64,000 nucleotides of DNA, taken from assembly GCA_020429915.1 (NCBI GenBank), contig JAGQKV010000031.1:2656-66655 (forward strand). The letters are read 5' to 3'. This DNA comes from Candidatus Omnitrophota bacterium. Its GTDB lineage: Bacteria; Omnitrophota; Gorgyraeia; Zapsychrales; Zapsychraceae. A program made the position numbers and the translations under genes. Under the pieces are notes generated by a model that was given only the letters and a program-made list of their open reading frames with translations, did no database searches and was not told the origin of the DNA. Of this stretch, positions 1-9,706 are shown one piece after another (the first letter of the stretch is position 1; each line of letters begins with the position of its first letter).

Positions 1-652
<652 letters not shown>

Positions 653-656
<4 letters not shown>

Positions 657-1543
657 TAAACGACCAGATTGAGGAGTTTCTGAATTACCTGGCCGTCGAA
701 CGCGGCCTGGCGCAGAATACTCTGCTCGCCTACCGACGGGATTTGCTCAAATACGCGGCCTTTCTTAAGGAGTGCCGGGTCAATGACGCGGCGCAGGCCT
801 CGCGCAAGATGGTTACCGACTTCATGTACGCCCAGAAAGAAAAGAATTTGTCGACGAATTCGATTTGTCGGGCGCTGGCAGCGATAAAGACCTTTCATCG
901 CTTTCTGGTCAGGGAACGAATGGCCGACGAGGATCCCACGAACCTTGTTGAGACGCCTAAACTCTGGAAACGCGTTCCGGAGGTTTTGTCGGCCCATGAA
1001 ATCGAGGCGATTATTGAGGCGGCGCAGGGCCGGCATTGGCAGGCTGTCCGGGACCATGCCATCCTGGAGCTTTTTTATGCAAGTGGCATGCGGGTTTCGG
1101 AGTTGTCCGATCTGCGTATGGAAAATATTGATTTGGAAGTGGGCTATGTGCGCTGTCTGGGCAAGGGGAGCAAGGAGCGGATTATCCCAATCGGCCGGCG
1201 CGCGAAACAGGCGGTTTCCCGCTATTGCCAGAAGGTCCGGGTCAAGCTGGCCAAAGGACAGGAGCCGGAGCATTTATTCTTAAGCCGGTTGGGACGGCGT
1301 ATCAGCCGCCAAAGCATCTGGAAAATTATCAAATTATACGCCCGAAAGGCGAATGTCAAAAAAGAAATAAAGCCGCACACCCTGCGGCATACCTTCGCCA
1401 CACATTTGTTAGAGAATGGCGCCGATCTGCGCAGCGTGCAGGAGATGCTCGGGCATGCCGATATCTCCACGACACAGATTTACACGCATGTGGATCGCGA
1501 GCGATTAAAGGCGGTTCATAAGGAGTTTCATCCGCGGGGATAG
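653..1543 (+). CDS. xerD: tyrosine site-specific recombinase, XerD/XerC family (chromosome dimer resolution)
   Basis: The 296-aa length and the motifs ...LELFYASGMRVSEL..., ...CLGKGSKERIIPIG... and HTLRHTFATHLLENGADLRSVQEMLGHADISTTQIYTHV with catalytic R..HxxR..Y match XerD. It overlaps the upstream gene by 4 nt. Confidence 0.65.
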
Positions 1544-2812
1544 ATGATGAAGGTCTCACTAAAGAGCCTCGATAAAAAGTTCATTCCGGTCCTGGTTGGG
1601 GCCGGTCAATTTGCCGAACAGTCGGGACGACGTATTTATCTGGTCGGCGGTGCGGTGCGCGATATCATGCTGGACCGGCCCACGACGGATATCGACCTCG
1701 TTATGGAGGGAGACGCGATTCCCTTCGCCAGAAAATTGTGCAAACATTTGCGCGGCCGGTTGACGGTCCATCTCAGTTTCGGAACGGCCACGTTGGAATT
1801 TGATCGCGACCGCCGCGTGGATTTAGTGGGGGCCCGGGCCGAAAGTTATAAAAGGCCCGGCGCCTTGCCGACGGTCCGCAAGGGCGACATGAACGCTGAC
1901 GCCTTGCGGCGGGATTTTACGATCAATGCGATGGCGATATCGCTTAATCCGTCAACGTTCGCCGAAGTGAGGGATTGTGCAGACGGCGTCGCGGACCTCA
2001 AGGCCGGTTTGGTCCGGGTTCTGCATGACGGCAGCTTTCGGGATGATCCGACGCGGATATTTCGTGCCGCACGCTACGAGCAGCGTTATGGATTCCGTAT
2101 TGAGCGGCATACACTAGGGCTGCTAAAGGAGGCGTTGGAGGAACAAGTCTTCGATACCATATCGATGCAACGCTATATTAACGAAATCGACAAGATTTTT
2201 GCGGAGGCGGATCCGGTTCCGGCCCTGCGCCGGCTGCATCGCTGGAAGGTCTTCGGTCGCCTGCATCCCGATTTGCGGATCCGTTTCGGAGTGCTTGAAC
2301 ATTTTCACAAGTATGCCAACAATCCGGCGTTTCCCGGGGATTGGGGGCGCATCGATAGCGGGACGGTTTACTGGATGGCCTTCCTGGCGGGGAGTTCGCA
2401 GGCGACGCGGATCGAGCTTCTGCGCAGAGTGCCGTTTGCCAAGGCCCGCCGGGAGCATATTGCGCAGTTGGGAGAGTTAAATCGGCTGGGTCAATATTTA
2501 AAGACCAAGCGTTTGCGTCCCTCCGTGCTTCACGCAAGACTTGGCGGATTCAGCGAGGAGGCGCTGTTCTATTTGTTCGAAACAAATCGGAAATTAAACG
2601 CTTGGGTGAACATACGCACCTATATCGAAAATCGGGATACAACGTTATGGATCTCAGGCGACGATCTGAAGAATCTGGGTGTCCGTTCGGGCCGTCATAT
2701 CGGAGAAGTGTTGCGCGGGGTTTTAAACCGGAAACTGGATAACCAGCTGAAAACAAAGGCTGAGGAATTGGTTGCGGCAAGATCAATCATCGAGGAACAA
2801 CAAGGGGAGTAG
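1544..2812 (+). CDS. cca: CCA-adding tRNA nucleotidyltransferase / poly(A) polymerase family protein
   Basis: The head domain carries the PolyA_pol signature YLVGGAVRDIMLDRPTTDIDLV. The protein is 422 aa. Confidence 0.7.
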   Translation: MMKVSLKSLDKKFIPVLVGAGQFAEQSGRRIYLVGGAVRDIMLDRPTTDIDLVMEGDAIPFARKLCKHLRGRLTVHLSFGTATLEFDRDRRVDLVGARAESYKRPGALPTVRKGDMNADALRRDFTINAMAISLNPSTFAEVRDCADGVADLKAGLVRVLHDGSFRDDPTRIFRAARYEQRYGFRIERHTLGLLKEALEEQVFDTISMQRYINEIDKIFAEADPVPALRRLHRWKVFGRLHPDLRIRFGVLEHFHKYANNPAFPGDWGRIDSGTVYWMAFLAGSSQATRIELLRRVPFAKARREHIAQLGELNRLGQYLKTKRLRPSVLHARLGGFSEEALFYLFETNRKLNAWVNIRTYIENRDTTLWISGDDLKNLGVRSGRHIGEVLRGVLNRKLDNQLKTKAEELVAARSIIEEQQGE

Positions 2813-2817
2813 CGGAT

Positions 2818-3168
2818 ATGAGTCGCATGGATAAAGTAAATAATCAAATGAAACGGGTCATCAGTCAGATACTGCAACAGGAGTTCGGGGATCCGCGCAT
2901 GGCTTTTGTAACGATAACTCATGTGGATACCAGCCCGGACTTAAAGAATGCCAAGGTATTCTTTACGGTGCTGGGGGATGAACAGGCGGTGAAGGGGGCT
3001 CTGCGCAGTTTGAACAAGGCGCGCGGAATGATCCGGCACGCCGTCAGTCAACGGATGGTGATCCGGCACACCCCGGAATTGAACTTCATTCATGATCAAT
3101 CGATCAACTACAGTGTTGAAATTGAAGAGCGCTTAAAGGAAATCTATGATGAGCAAAAAGAAAATTAG
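2818..3168 (+). CDS. rbfA: ribosome-binding factor A
   Basis: The 116-aa product MSRMDKVNNQMKRVISQILQQEFGDPRMAFVTITHVDTSPDLKNAKVFFTV is typical RbfA. It sits in the rbfA-nrnA-truB-ribF arrangement. Confidence 0.85.
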   Translation: MSRMDKVNNQMKRVISQILQQEFGDPRMAFVTITHVDTSPDLKNAKVFFTVLGDEQAVKGALRSLNKARGMIRHAVSQRMVIRHTPELNFIHDQSINYSVEIEERLKEIYDEQKEN

Positions 3169-4108
3169 CAAAATCATTCAAGAATCCGGCACATTTCTGC
3201 TTTCGACTCACGTGAATCCGGATCCGGATGCGCTGTGTTCGGAGCTCGCCCTCGCCGAATATCTCCGGTCGCTGGGAAAAAAAGTGCGCATCATTAATGA
3301 AACCGAACTGCTCGATCGATTCCGGTTTTTTCCGGGGGCGGGGCGGATCCAGCATGCGGCGGAACTCAAAAGTGTGAAGTATGATGCGGCCATCATTCTG
3401 GACTGCGGTGACCTGGGGCGCATCGGAGAGGTGCGGCGGCTTTTAAAGGATGAAAAGCCGCTGATCAATATCGATCACCACATTACGAATGATAATTTTG
3501 GTTCGGTGAACCTCGTGGACGTCGAGGCATCATCTACGGCCGAGATGCTATTCGAGCTGCTTGTGTACTGGAAGGCCGCATTGACCAAAAGCATCGCCAC
3601 CAATCTTTACTGCGGAATAATGACCGACACCGGTTCGTTTCGCTATGAAAACACTTCTCCGCGGACGCACCTGGCGGTGGCCAAGCTGATGGAATTCCAT
3701 ATCGACATTAGTGCTCTTTACGCGCGTATCTATGAACGGATCCCGTTGAAGGATGTCACGGTATTTACGCGGATCATCAACCGTTTTGAAACGTACCGGC
3801 AAGGGCAACTGGTGTGCGTGGAGCTTCGCAAGAATGTCATGTCGGGCCTGTCGGAAGATTTCGATTTGCGTGACGCTCTGTTCAAGTTTTTGCGTTCCAT
3901 CGCGGGGGTGGAGGTGATCGTCATTCTGACGGAATTTACCCGCTCGGTAACCCGTGTTAATTTCCGCTCTTCGTCACGTGTCAATGTGGCTAAGATCGCC
4001 GGCGCGTTCGGCGGCGGCGGTCACAAGCGGGCCAGCGGATGTGTGGTAGAAAAGGGTATGAAAGAAACCAAAACCATGATCCTCAAAGAGATAGAGAGTC
4101 AACTATGA
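3146..4108 (+). CDS. nrnA: DHH/DHHA1 family phosphoesterase (NrnA-like oligoribonuclease/pAp phosphatase)
   Basis: It has the DHH motif (IDHHITND) and a DHHA1 GGGGH motif near the C-terminus. It lies conserved between rbfA and truB. Confidence 0.7.
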   Translation: MMSKKKISKIIQESGTFLLSTHVNPDPDALCSELALAEYLRSLGKKVRIINETELLDRFRFFPGAGRIQHAAELKSVKYDAAIILDCGDLGRIGEVRRLLKDEKPLINIDHHITNDNFGSVNLVDVEASSTAEMLFELLVYWKAALTKSIATNLYCGIMTDTGSFRYENTSPRTHLAVAKLMEFHIDISALYARIYERIPLKDVTVFTRIINRFETYRQGQLVCVELRKNVMSGLSEDFDLRDALFKFLRSIAGVEVIVILTEFTRSVTRVNFRSSSRVNVAKIAGAFGGGGHKRASGCVVEKGMKETKTMILKEIESQL

Positions 4109-4770
4109 CCGAAGGTATCCTCGTGATCGACAAGCCCGACGGCGTGACCTCCCATGATGTCGTCGCCCGGGTGCGGAAGCGGTTCAAGATGAAAAAGGTC
4201 GGCCATGCCGGAACGCTCGATCCGCTGGCCACAGGCGTCCTGGTGGTTTTGCTCGGCAAGGCGACGAAACTGTCCAACAAATTCACGGCCTTTGACAAGG
4301 CCTACCGGGCCACGATGGTGCTGGGAACGAAGACCACAACGGCGGACAAGCAGGGGGAGGTTATCGAGCAACGCCCCTATGATGCCATTACGCCGCAGCA
4401 GCTCGCGGAAGTGGTCGGTCGGTTCCGGGGCGAGATTCAACAGGTGCCGCCGATGTACTCTGCGGTTAAACACAAGGGGCGGAAACTTTATGAGCTTGCC
4501 CGCAAGGGAATCGAGGTGGAGCGCGAACCGCGAAGCGTAACCATCCATAAATTGCTCGTCGGCGAAATTAATCTGCCAGAGGTTAAATTTTACGTGGAGT
4601 GCTCAAAGGGGACGTACATTCGGCAGCTGGCCGCGGATATCGGGGATGCCCTTGGTTGCGGGGCCTGTATTTCTCAGATTCAACGGACCAAGGTCGGGCG
4701 TTTCGCCCTTGAGGATGCCGTCACACTTGAGGACATGAATGAAGACTGTATACGGCATTGGTCAAACTGA
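4105..4770 (+). CDS. truB: tRNA pseudouridine(55) synthase TruB
   Basis: The sequence ILVIDKPDGVTSHDVVARVRKRFKMKKVGHAGTLDPLATGVLVVLLGKATKL contains the catalytic Asp motif HAGTLDP. I chose the ATG at 4105, which overlaps the nrnA stop by 4 nt, over the ORF-track start at 4039. Confidence 0.9.
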   Translation: MTEGILVIDKPDGVTSHDVVARVRKRFKMKKVGHAGTLDPLATGVLVVLLGKATKLSNKFTAFDKAYRATMVLGTKTTTADKQGEVIEQRPYDAITPQQLAEVVGRFRGEIQQVPPMYSAVKHKGRKLYELARKGIEVEREPRSVTIHKLLVGEINLPEVKFYVECSKGTYIRQLAADIGDALGCGACISQIQRTKVGRFALEDAVTLEDMNEDCIRHWSN

Positions 4771-5668
4771 CAAGAAGTATCGGCAGGCCGTGATGGCTAT
4801 CGGGGTCTTTGACGGGGTCCACATCGGTCACCAGAAACTGATCGCCATGACCGTCGCCAAGGCCCGCCGACGAGGCGGGGAGGCGATTGTCATGACCTTT
4901 GCTCCCCATCCGGTGAAAGTGCTAAAGCCGGATTGCTACATGCCGTATATCGTGTCGCTCGAACACCGTTTGCAGCTTATCGCCGGTCTCGGTGTGGATG
5001 TCTGCGTTGTGGTTCATTTTACCCGCCGCTTTGCGGGGTTGAGTGCCGAGAAGTTTGTGCGCCGTTATATCATCGACCGGATCGGTCCCGAGGAGATAGT
5101 CGTCGGGGAGGAATTCTGTTTCGGAAGTGACCGCGGCGGAAGCGTCACCATGCTGAAGGAGGTGGGGGCGACGCATGGTTTCCAGGTGTCTCCGGTCCGG
5201 CCGGTGGCCGATAATCAGGAAAAAATCGGCAGCACCGCCATCCGAAAGCTGATCGCGGCCGGTGAATTGAAACTTGCCCAGAAGTATCTCGGGCGGGACG
5301 TCTCCCTGATGGGAACTGTTATTCGCGGCGACGGCCGGGGGCGTACCTTGGGGTATCCTACAGCCAATATATCTTTAAATGATGAAGTATTGCCTCCGCT
5401 GGGGGTATATGCCGCGCGGATTGTCATCAGGGGGCGGCGGTATGATGCGATGATCAATATCGGGCACCGTCCGTCCTTCAAAAAGGAATCCTCTCCCATC
5501 AGCTTGGAAGTCCATATCTTCCGGTTCCGCCGCGCGATTTACGGAGAAGTCGTCCTGGTGGAGTTTGTCCGCCGTATCCGCAACGAAAAAATGTTTCTTT
5601 CCAAGATCGACCTGATTAAGCAGCTGCGTGAAGACGCGGTCCTGGCCCAGAAAATCCTCTCCCGGTAA
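4739..5668 (+). CDS. ribF: bifunctional riboflavin kinase / FMN adenylyltransferase
   Basis: The FAD-synthetase motif AIGVFDGVHIGHQKLI and the C-terminal riboflavin-kinase region (PTANISL...GVY...NIGHRPSF) are present. An alternative start at 4793 would remove the 32-nt overlap with truB. Confidence 0.88.
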   Translation: MKTVYGIGQTDKKYRQAVMAIGVFDGVHIGHQKLIAMTVAKARRRGGEAIVMTFAPHPVKVLKPDCYMPYIVSLEHRLQLIAGLGVDVCVVVHFTRRFAGLSAEKFVRRYIIDRIGPEEIVVGEEFCFGSDRGGSVTMLKEVGATHGFQVSPVRPVADNQEKIGSTAIRKLIAAGELKLAQKYLGRDVSLMGTVIRGDGRGRTLGYPTANISLNDEVLPPLGVYAARIVIRGRRYDAMINIGHRPSFKKESSPISLEVHIFRFRRAIYGEVVLVEFVRRIRNEKMFLSKIDLIKQLREDAVLAQKILSR

Positions 5669-5683
5669 CACGCTATTCTTTCC

Positions 5684-5708
5684 AAAATGCCTAATTATTA
5701 GGCATTTT
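5684..5708 (+). terminator. perfect 12-bp-arm palindrome AAAATGCCTAAT-T-ATTAGGCATTTT downstream of the ribF stop
   Basis: The hairpin lies 16 nt after the ribF stop codon. It is a likely intrinsic terminator, or an operator, isolating the dcw promoter. Confidence 0.45.
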
Positions 5709-5801
5709 GAGCCACTTAACACCATATATAGTGCAAGCTCCACCTCCCGGCACAAATTGTTGTATTTTATCGGTTTACAGCAAAAATCAGCCATTTTTCA
5801 A

Positions 5802-5830
5802 TTGACAGGGGGGTGCAATGTGGTTAAAAT
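5802..5830 (+). promoter_or_regulatory. sigma70-type promoter of the dcw/mra operon: TTGACA-17 nt-TAAAAT
   Basis: The -35 TTGACA is at 5802-5807, followed by a 17-nt spacer and the -10 TAAAAT at 5825-5830. It lies 50 nt upstream of mraZ, which is the canonical Pmra position. Confidence 0.6.
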
Positions 5831-5840
5831 GGAGTCCATA

Positions 5841-5865
5841 GTGGATTGATGTGGAGCGAAGTGGA
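5841..5865 (+). promoter_or_regulatory. MraZ-box operator: three GTGGA direct repeats at exact 10-bp periodicity
   Basis: GTGGA occurs at 5841, 5851 and 5861 (GTGGAttgatGTGGAgcgaaGTGGA), between the -10 and the mraZ start. This matches the known MraZ autoregulatory DNA-repeat architecture. Confidence 0.6.
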
Positions 5866-5879
5866 TTTGACAATTTCCT

Positions 5880-6317
5880 ATGTTTTACGGCGAGTACATC
5901 CATAATCTTGACACCAAGGGGCGGCTGATTATGCCCGCCCGTTTTCGAGACACCTGCCGCGAATACGGAGTTGAGCGGTTTTTCCTCACGCGGGGGATGG
6001 ATCACTGCATTTTTATGTTCTCTGAAGACGAATGGCGCTCCCAGGAGCAGAAGTTCAAAAATATGTCGTTCACCCGCAAAGAAGCGCGCAGCTTCAACCG
6101 GATGTTTTTCGCCGGCGCGGTGGACGTTGTCCCTGATAAACAGGGGCGTTTCATCATACCGGCCTACCTGAAGGAATATGCGAGCATCGAACGCGAGACC
6201 GTACTCATCGGCGTCTCCAACCGTATCGAGATTTGGGATAGCAAGACTTGGCGGGAATATTACGCCGAATCGAACAAATCGTTCGAAGAGATTTCTGAAA
6301 ATATGTTGGATCTGTAG
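5880..6317 (+). CDS. mraZ: transcriptional regulator MraZ
   Basis: The product MFYGEYIHNLDTKGRLIMPARFRD... has two MraZ/SpoVT-AbrB repeats and is 145 aa. It is the first gene of the dcw cluster. Confidence 0.9.
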   Translation: MFYGEYIHNLDTKGRLIMPARFRDTCREYGVERFFLTRGMDHCIFMFSEDEWRSQEQKFKNMSFTRKEARSFNRMFFAGAVDVVPDKQGRFIIPAYLKEYASIERETVLIGVSNRIEIWDSKTWREYYAESNKSFEEISENMLDL

Positions 6318-6366
6318 CTCTGGTTGACAATTTAAAACCTCAACCCCCACCACGAGGGAGCTAGCC

Positions 6367-6630
6367 ATGGAGCCGTTCGATGCCAATGCCGTTGTTTTCC
6401 ACCATCTTATAGACCTGCCCAACAGCGACTGTGTCTTTTGTTCAACCGTGGAGACCTCGACCGGTCATTCGCGATTGTTTCTTATTTTTCGTGAGCGACA
6501 GCGGATATATCTTCGCAACGGAATCAGAGATACTTGGGACGAGCTCCGGGATGCCGCGCAATACGCGTGTATCAGGGAGCGTTTTAACCAGGCGATCGAG
6601 GAGAAAAATGTCCCCTGCTTTTCAGCGTAA
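6367..6630 (+). CDS. hypothetical small protein (87 aa) inserted between mraZ and rsmH
   Basis: The ORF has a GAGGGA RBS 6 nt upstream and fills an otherwise unexplained 334-bp gap in a tightly packed operon. I recognise no homology. Confidence 0.25.
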   Translation: MEPFDANAVVFHHLIDLPNSDCVFCSTVETSTGHSRLFLIFRERQRIYLRNGIRDTWDELRDAAQYACIRERFNQAIEEKNVPCFSA

Positions 6631-6651
6631 GAGCGAGGGGGAGAACAGGCA

Positions 6652-7593
6652 ATGATAAAACCGGTCATGACGAGCGACAATACCGATATTCCCGATCCGG
6701 ACGCACCTGCGCATCAGTCGGTGCTGATGAACGAAGTCCTGCAATATATGGACCCGCAACCCGAAGAAGTTTTTGTTGACGGTACATTGGGAATGGGAGG
6801 GCATGCGCAGGCGATTCTTCACCGACTCGGTCCCAAGGGCCTGTTGATCGGTCTGGACCGTGATCTGCATTCTCTGGAGCAGGCCCAGAAAAATTTGGAG
6901 GAATTTACGCACCAGTGCCGTCTGATTCACCAGGATTTCCGTGATATCGACCAGGCGTTGGCGGATTTGAATATCGACGCGGTCGACGGTATTTTGCTCG
7001 ATTTGGGGATATCCAGCTATCAGCTCGATAATCCGGAGCGCGGCTTCAGCTTGCGCAACAGCGGACCGCTGGACATGCGGATGGATCAGAACGGCGCGAT
7101 TTCCGCTTATGACTTGGTGAATTCATTGACGGAGCGGGAGATCGCGGCCATTCTCAAGGATTTCGGCGAAGAACGGTGGGCCGGAAGGATCGCGCGACAG
7201 ATTGTGTCGGAGCGTTCAAAGCAGCCGATTGAATACACCGACGACCTGACGCGGATCATACTCAAGGCGGTTCCCGGTAAGGGCAAACCTCCCCGCATTC
7301 ACCCCGCTACACGCACATTTCAGGCCCTGCGGATCGCGGTCAACCGCGAACTGGAAACGCTGGAGACCGTGATCGACAAATCGATCACGCTCTTGAAACC
7401 CGGCGGGCGCATGGGGATCATATCCTTTCATTCTCTGGAAGACCGGATTGTGAAAAATAAATTTAAGCTTTTTGAAAAGGCCAACTTGGCCCGGTGCCTG
7501 GTTAAGAAGCCGGTCCGTCCCAGTGAAGCGGAGACGGAAGACAACCCACGGGCGCGCAGCGCCCGGTTTCGCATTATCAAGAGAGTCATATGA
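6652..7593 (+). CDS. rsmH: 16S rRNA (cytosine1402-N4)-methyltransferase RsmH (MraW)
   Basis: The SAM-binding motif ...HQSVLMNEVLQYM...VFVDGTLGMGGHAQAIL... is present. Its position after mraZ fits. Confidence 0.9.
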   Translation: MIKPVMTSDNTDIPDPDAPAHQSVLMNEVLQYMDPQPEEVFVDGTLGMGGHAQAILHRLGPKGLLIGLDRDLHSLEQAQKNLEEFTHQCRLIHQDFRDIDQALADLNIDAVDGILLDLGISSYQLDNPERGFSLRNSGPLDMRMDQNGAISAYDLVNSLTEREIAAILKDFGEERWAGRIARQIVSERSKQPIEYTDDLTRIILKAVPGKGKPPRIHPATRTFQALRIAVNRELETLETVIDKSITLLKPGGRMGIISFHSLEDRIVKNKFKLFEKANLARCLVKKPVRPSEAETEDNPRARSARFRIIKRVI

Positions 7594-7970
7594 GATTGTC
7601 CACATTTTTGAAAACCATTGGAGCGGTGACTGTTTTGGCGCTCTCATATGTCCACATGCAAATGCAAATCTTTGATTTGGCTTATCTGGGCAAGGATCAG
7701 GAACGGACCATTACCCGCCTGGACCAACAAAAGCAGTTTTTGACCTACAGTATCCTGAGCATCAAGTCGGCTCATAACTTGGGGCACGAAATGCTGAGAG
7801 AAGACAGCGGCTTGCAGTTTGCCAATCCCGACAGCATCGTCCTCATTTCCTCCAGAGAACCGAACGATGACCTGCAACCCGGTAAAACGCAGCTTTCCGC
7901 CGTTAAAAAGAATCCATTCTCAACGATCTTTTCTTTTGCCACCCGCGCCGAAGCTCGAAATTTTGAATGA
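7590..7970 (+). CDS. ftsL: cell division protein FtsL-like (single TM plus coiled coil)
   Basis: The 126-aa product has an N-terminal TM helix (TIGAVTVLALSYV) and then a coiled-coil-like segment. It lies between rsmH and ftsI and overlaps the rsmH stop. Confidence 0.55.
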   Translation: MRLSTFLKTIGAVTVLALSYVHMQMQIFDLAYLGKDQERTITRLDQQKQFLTYSILSIKSAHNLGHEMLREDSGLQFANPDSIVLISSREPNDDLQPGKTQLSAVKKNPFSTIFSFATRAEARNFE

Positions 7971-8002
7971 TCGGGCCTGGGTGATCGTGTAATATAGAAG
8001 CC

Positions 8003-9706
8003 GTGCAGATAAGACGCCATGACCTAAGATTCGTCTCGGTATTCCTGTTTCTTATCGCTTGCTTCGGCGTCTTTGTCGTCAAGCTGATACTCATTCAGGT
8101 ATTCAACTCCGAGCATCTCGCCCAACTGGCCCGCAAACAGCACAATCAAGCGATCGAGTTGGAGCCGGTCCGGGGGACTATTTTCGACCGGAATCTCAGA
8201 CCGCTGGCCCTGAATATCGCGGTGCACTCGCTGTATGCCAATCCACGCATTATGTCGCCCGAAGACAAGCAACGAGCGCTGGAGATCCTTCCCGGGCTCA
8301 TCGGCGTCGAGCCGGAGATGCTGCGGGAACGGCTTGGCCGCGACAAATTCTTTGTCTGGATTCAGCGCAAGCTTCCGGTGGATCTCACCGAGGCCGTGCG
8401 GGCCAAGAAGCTGCGCGGGTTGTCGTTTATCGATGAGAGCAAGCGATTCTATCCCAACGGATCGTTGGCTGCGCATGTGATCGGATTTGCCGACATCGAC
8501 AACAAGGGCCTGGAAGGGGTGGAGCTGGTCTACGACCGCTACCTGAAGGGCAAGGCGGGCCAAGGGATCTTTCTGCGCGACGCTAAACAACGTAACTTGT
8601 TGCTGTCGAAGAACTTCATATCACCCCAGGACGGTATGCATGTGGTCCTGACGATCGACGAGACGATTCAGTATATCGCCGAACGTGCACTGGATGAGGC
8701 CTTTGTGAAAAACAAGGCCAAATCGGCGACAATCATCGTCGCCGATCCCCGGTCCGGCGAGATTCTCGCCCTGGCCAACCGGCCGACATATGACCTGGAG
8801 CATGTCGCTCAGAGCAGCGTGGAAAGCCGGACCAACCGGGCCGTCAGCTATGTCTATGAGCCGGGATCCGTCTTCAAAGTGGTCACGGCCTCGGCAGCGC
8901 TGGAAGAGAAGATGTTTGTTGAAACGGACGAGATATTTTGTGAAAATGGAAAGTACCGCGTGGCCAACCATACACTTCGGGACCACCATCCCCACGGGAC
9001 GCTCACGTTTCGTGAGGTGTTCGAAAAGTCCAGTAATATCGGTGTCTGCAAGATCGCCCAGCAGTTGGGTCCGGAAATAGTCTATAACTACGGCCGGAGG
9101 TTCCGCTTCGGCATGCCGACTCAAATTGAATTGAAGGGTGAGGTCGACGGCTGGCTGAAGGACCCTTCACAATGGTCCAAGACCACGATCTCGGCGATTC
9201 CCATGGGTCACGAGGTGACCGTGACCCCGCTGCAATTATTGGGCGCATTATCGGCCATTGCGAACGACGGCTATTACATGCGCCTGCATATCGTTAAGCA
9301 CATACGGGATAAGTATAATCAGGTGATCAAATCGACACGGCCGGAGATATTGGACCGGGTGATCAGTGAGCAGACCGCTCATCGCGTACGTGACATCATG
9401 GTCGGCGTCGTTGAAAACGGCACGGCCAAGCGCGCGCAAATTGAAGGAGTGAAAGTGGCGGGAAAAACAGGTACGGCGCAGAAGGTCATCGACGGCCAAT
9501 ATTCTCATAGTCAGTTTTATGCCTCATTCATGGCGTTTGCTCCCGCAGATGATCCAAAGCTGGCCTGCGTCGTGGTCTTTGACGAACCCCGGCCGAGCTA
9601 TTTCGGTGGAACCGTGGCTGCGCCCGTCGCCAAGGAAGTGCTCGAAAACAGTCTGAAATATCTGAATTCTACGGAAGTCGCGCAAGCGGAAGGATCGGTG
9701 CATTGA
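8003..9706 (+). CDS. ftsI: peptidoglycan D,D-transpeptidase FtsI (penicillin-binding protein, class B)
   Basis: There is an N-terminal TM and a PBP dimerisation domain. The transpeptidase motifs SVFK (active-site Ser), SSN and KTGT are present. The protein is 567 aa. Confidence 0.85.
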   Translation: MQIRRHDLRFVSVFLFLIACFGVFVVKLILIQVFNSEHLAQLARKQHNQAIELEPVRGTIFDRNLRPLALNIAVHSLYANPRIMSPEDKQRALEILPGLIGVEPEMLRERLGRDKFFVWIQRKLPVDLTEAVRAKKLRGLSFIDESKRFYPNGSLAAHVIGFADIDNKGLEGVELVYDRYLKGKAGQGIFLRDAKQRNLLLSKNFISPQDGMHVVLTIDETIQYIAERALDEAFVKNKAKSATIIVADPRSGEILALANRPTYDLEHVAQSSVESRTNRAVSYVYEPGSVFKVVTASAALEEKMFVETDEIFCENGKYRVANHTLRDHHPHGTLTFREVFEKSSNIGVCKIAQQLGPEIVYNYGRRFRFGMPTQIELKGEVDGWLKDPSQWSKTTISAIPMGHEVTVTPLQLLGALSAIANDGYYMRLHIVKHIRDKYNQVIKSTRPEILDRVISEQTAHRVRDIMVGVVENGTAKRAQIEGVKVAGKTGTAQKVIDGQYSHSQFYASFMAFAPADDPKLACVVVFDEPRPSYFGGTVAAPVAKEVLENSLKYLNSTEVAQAEGSVH

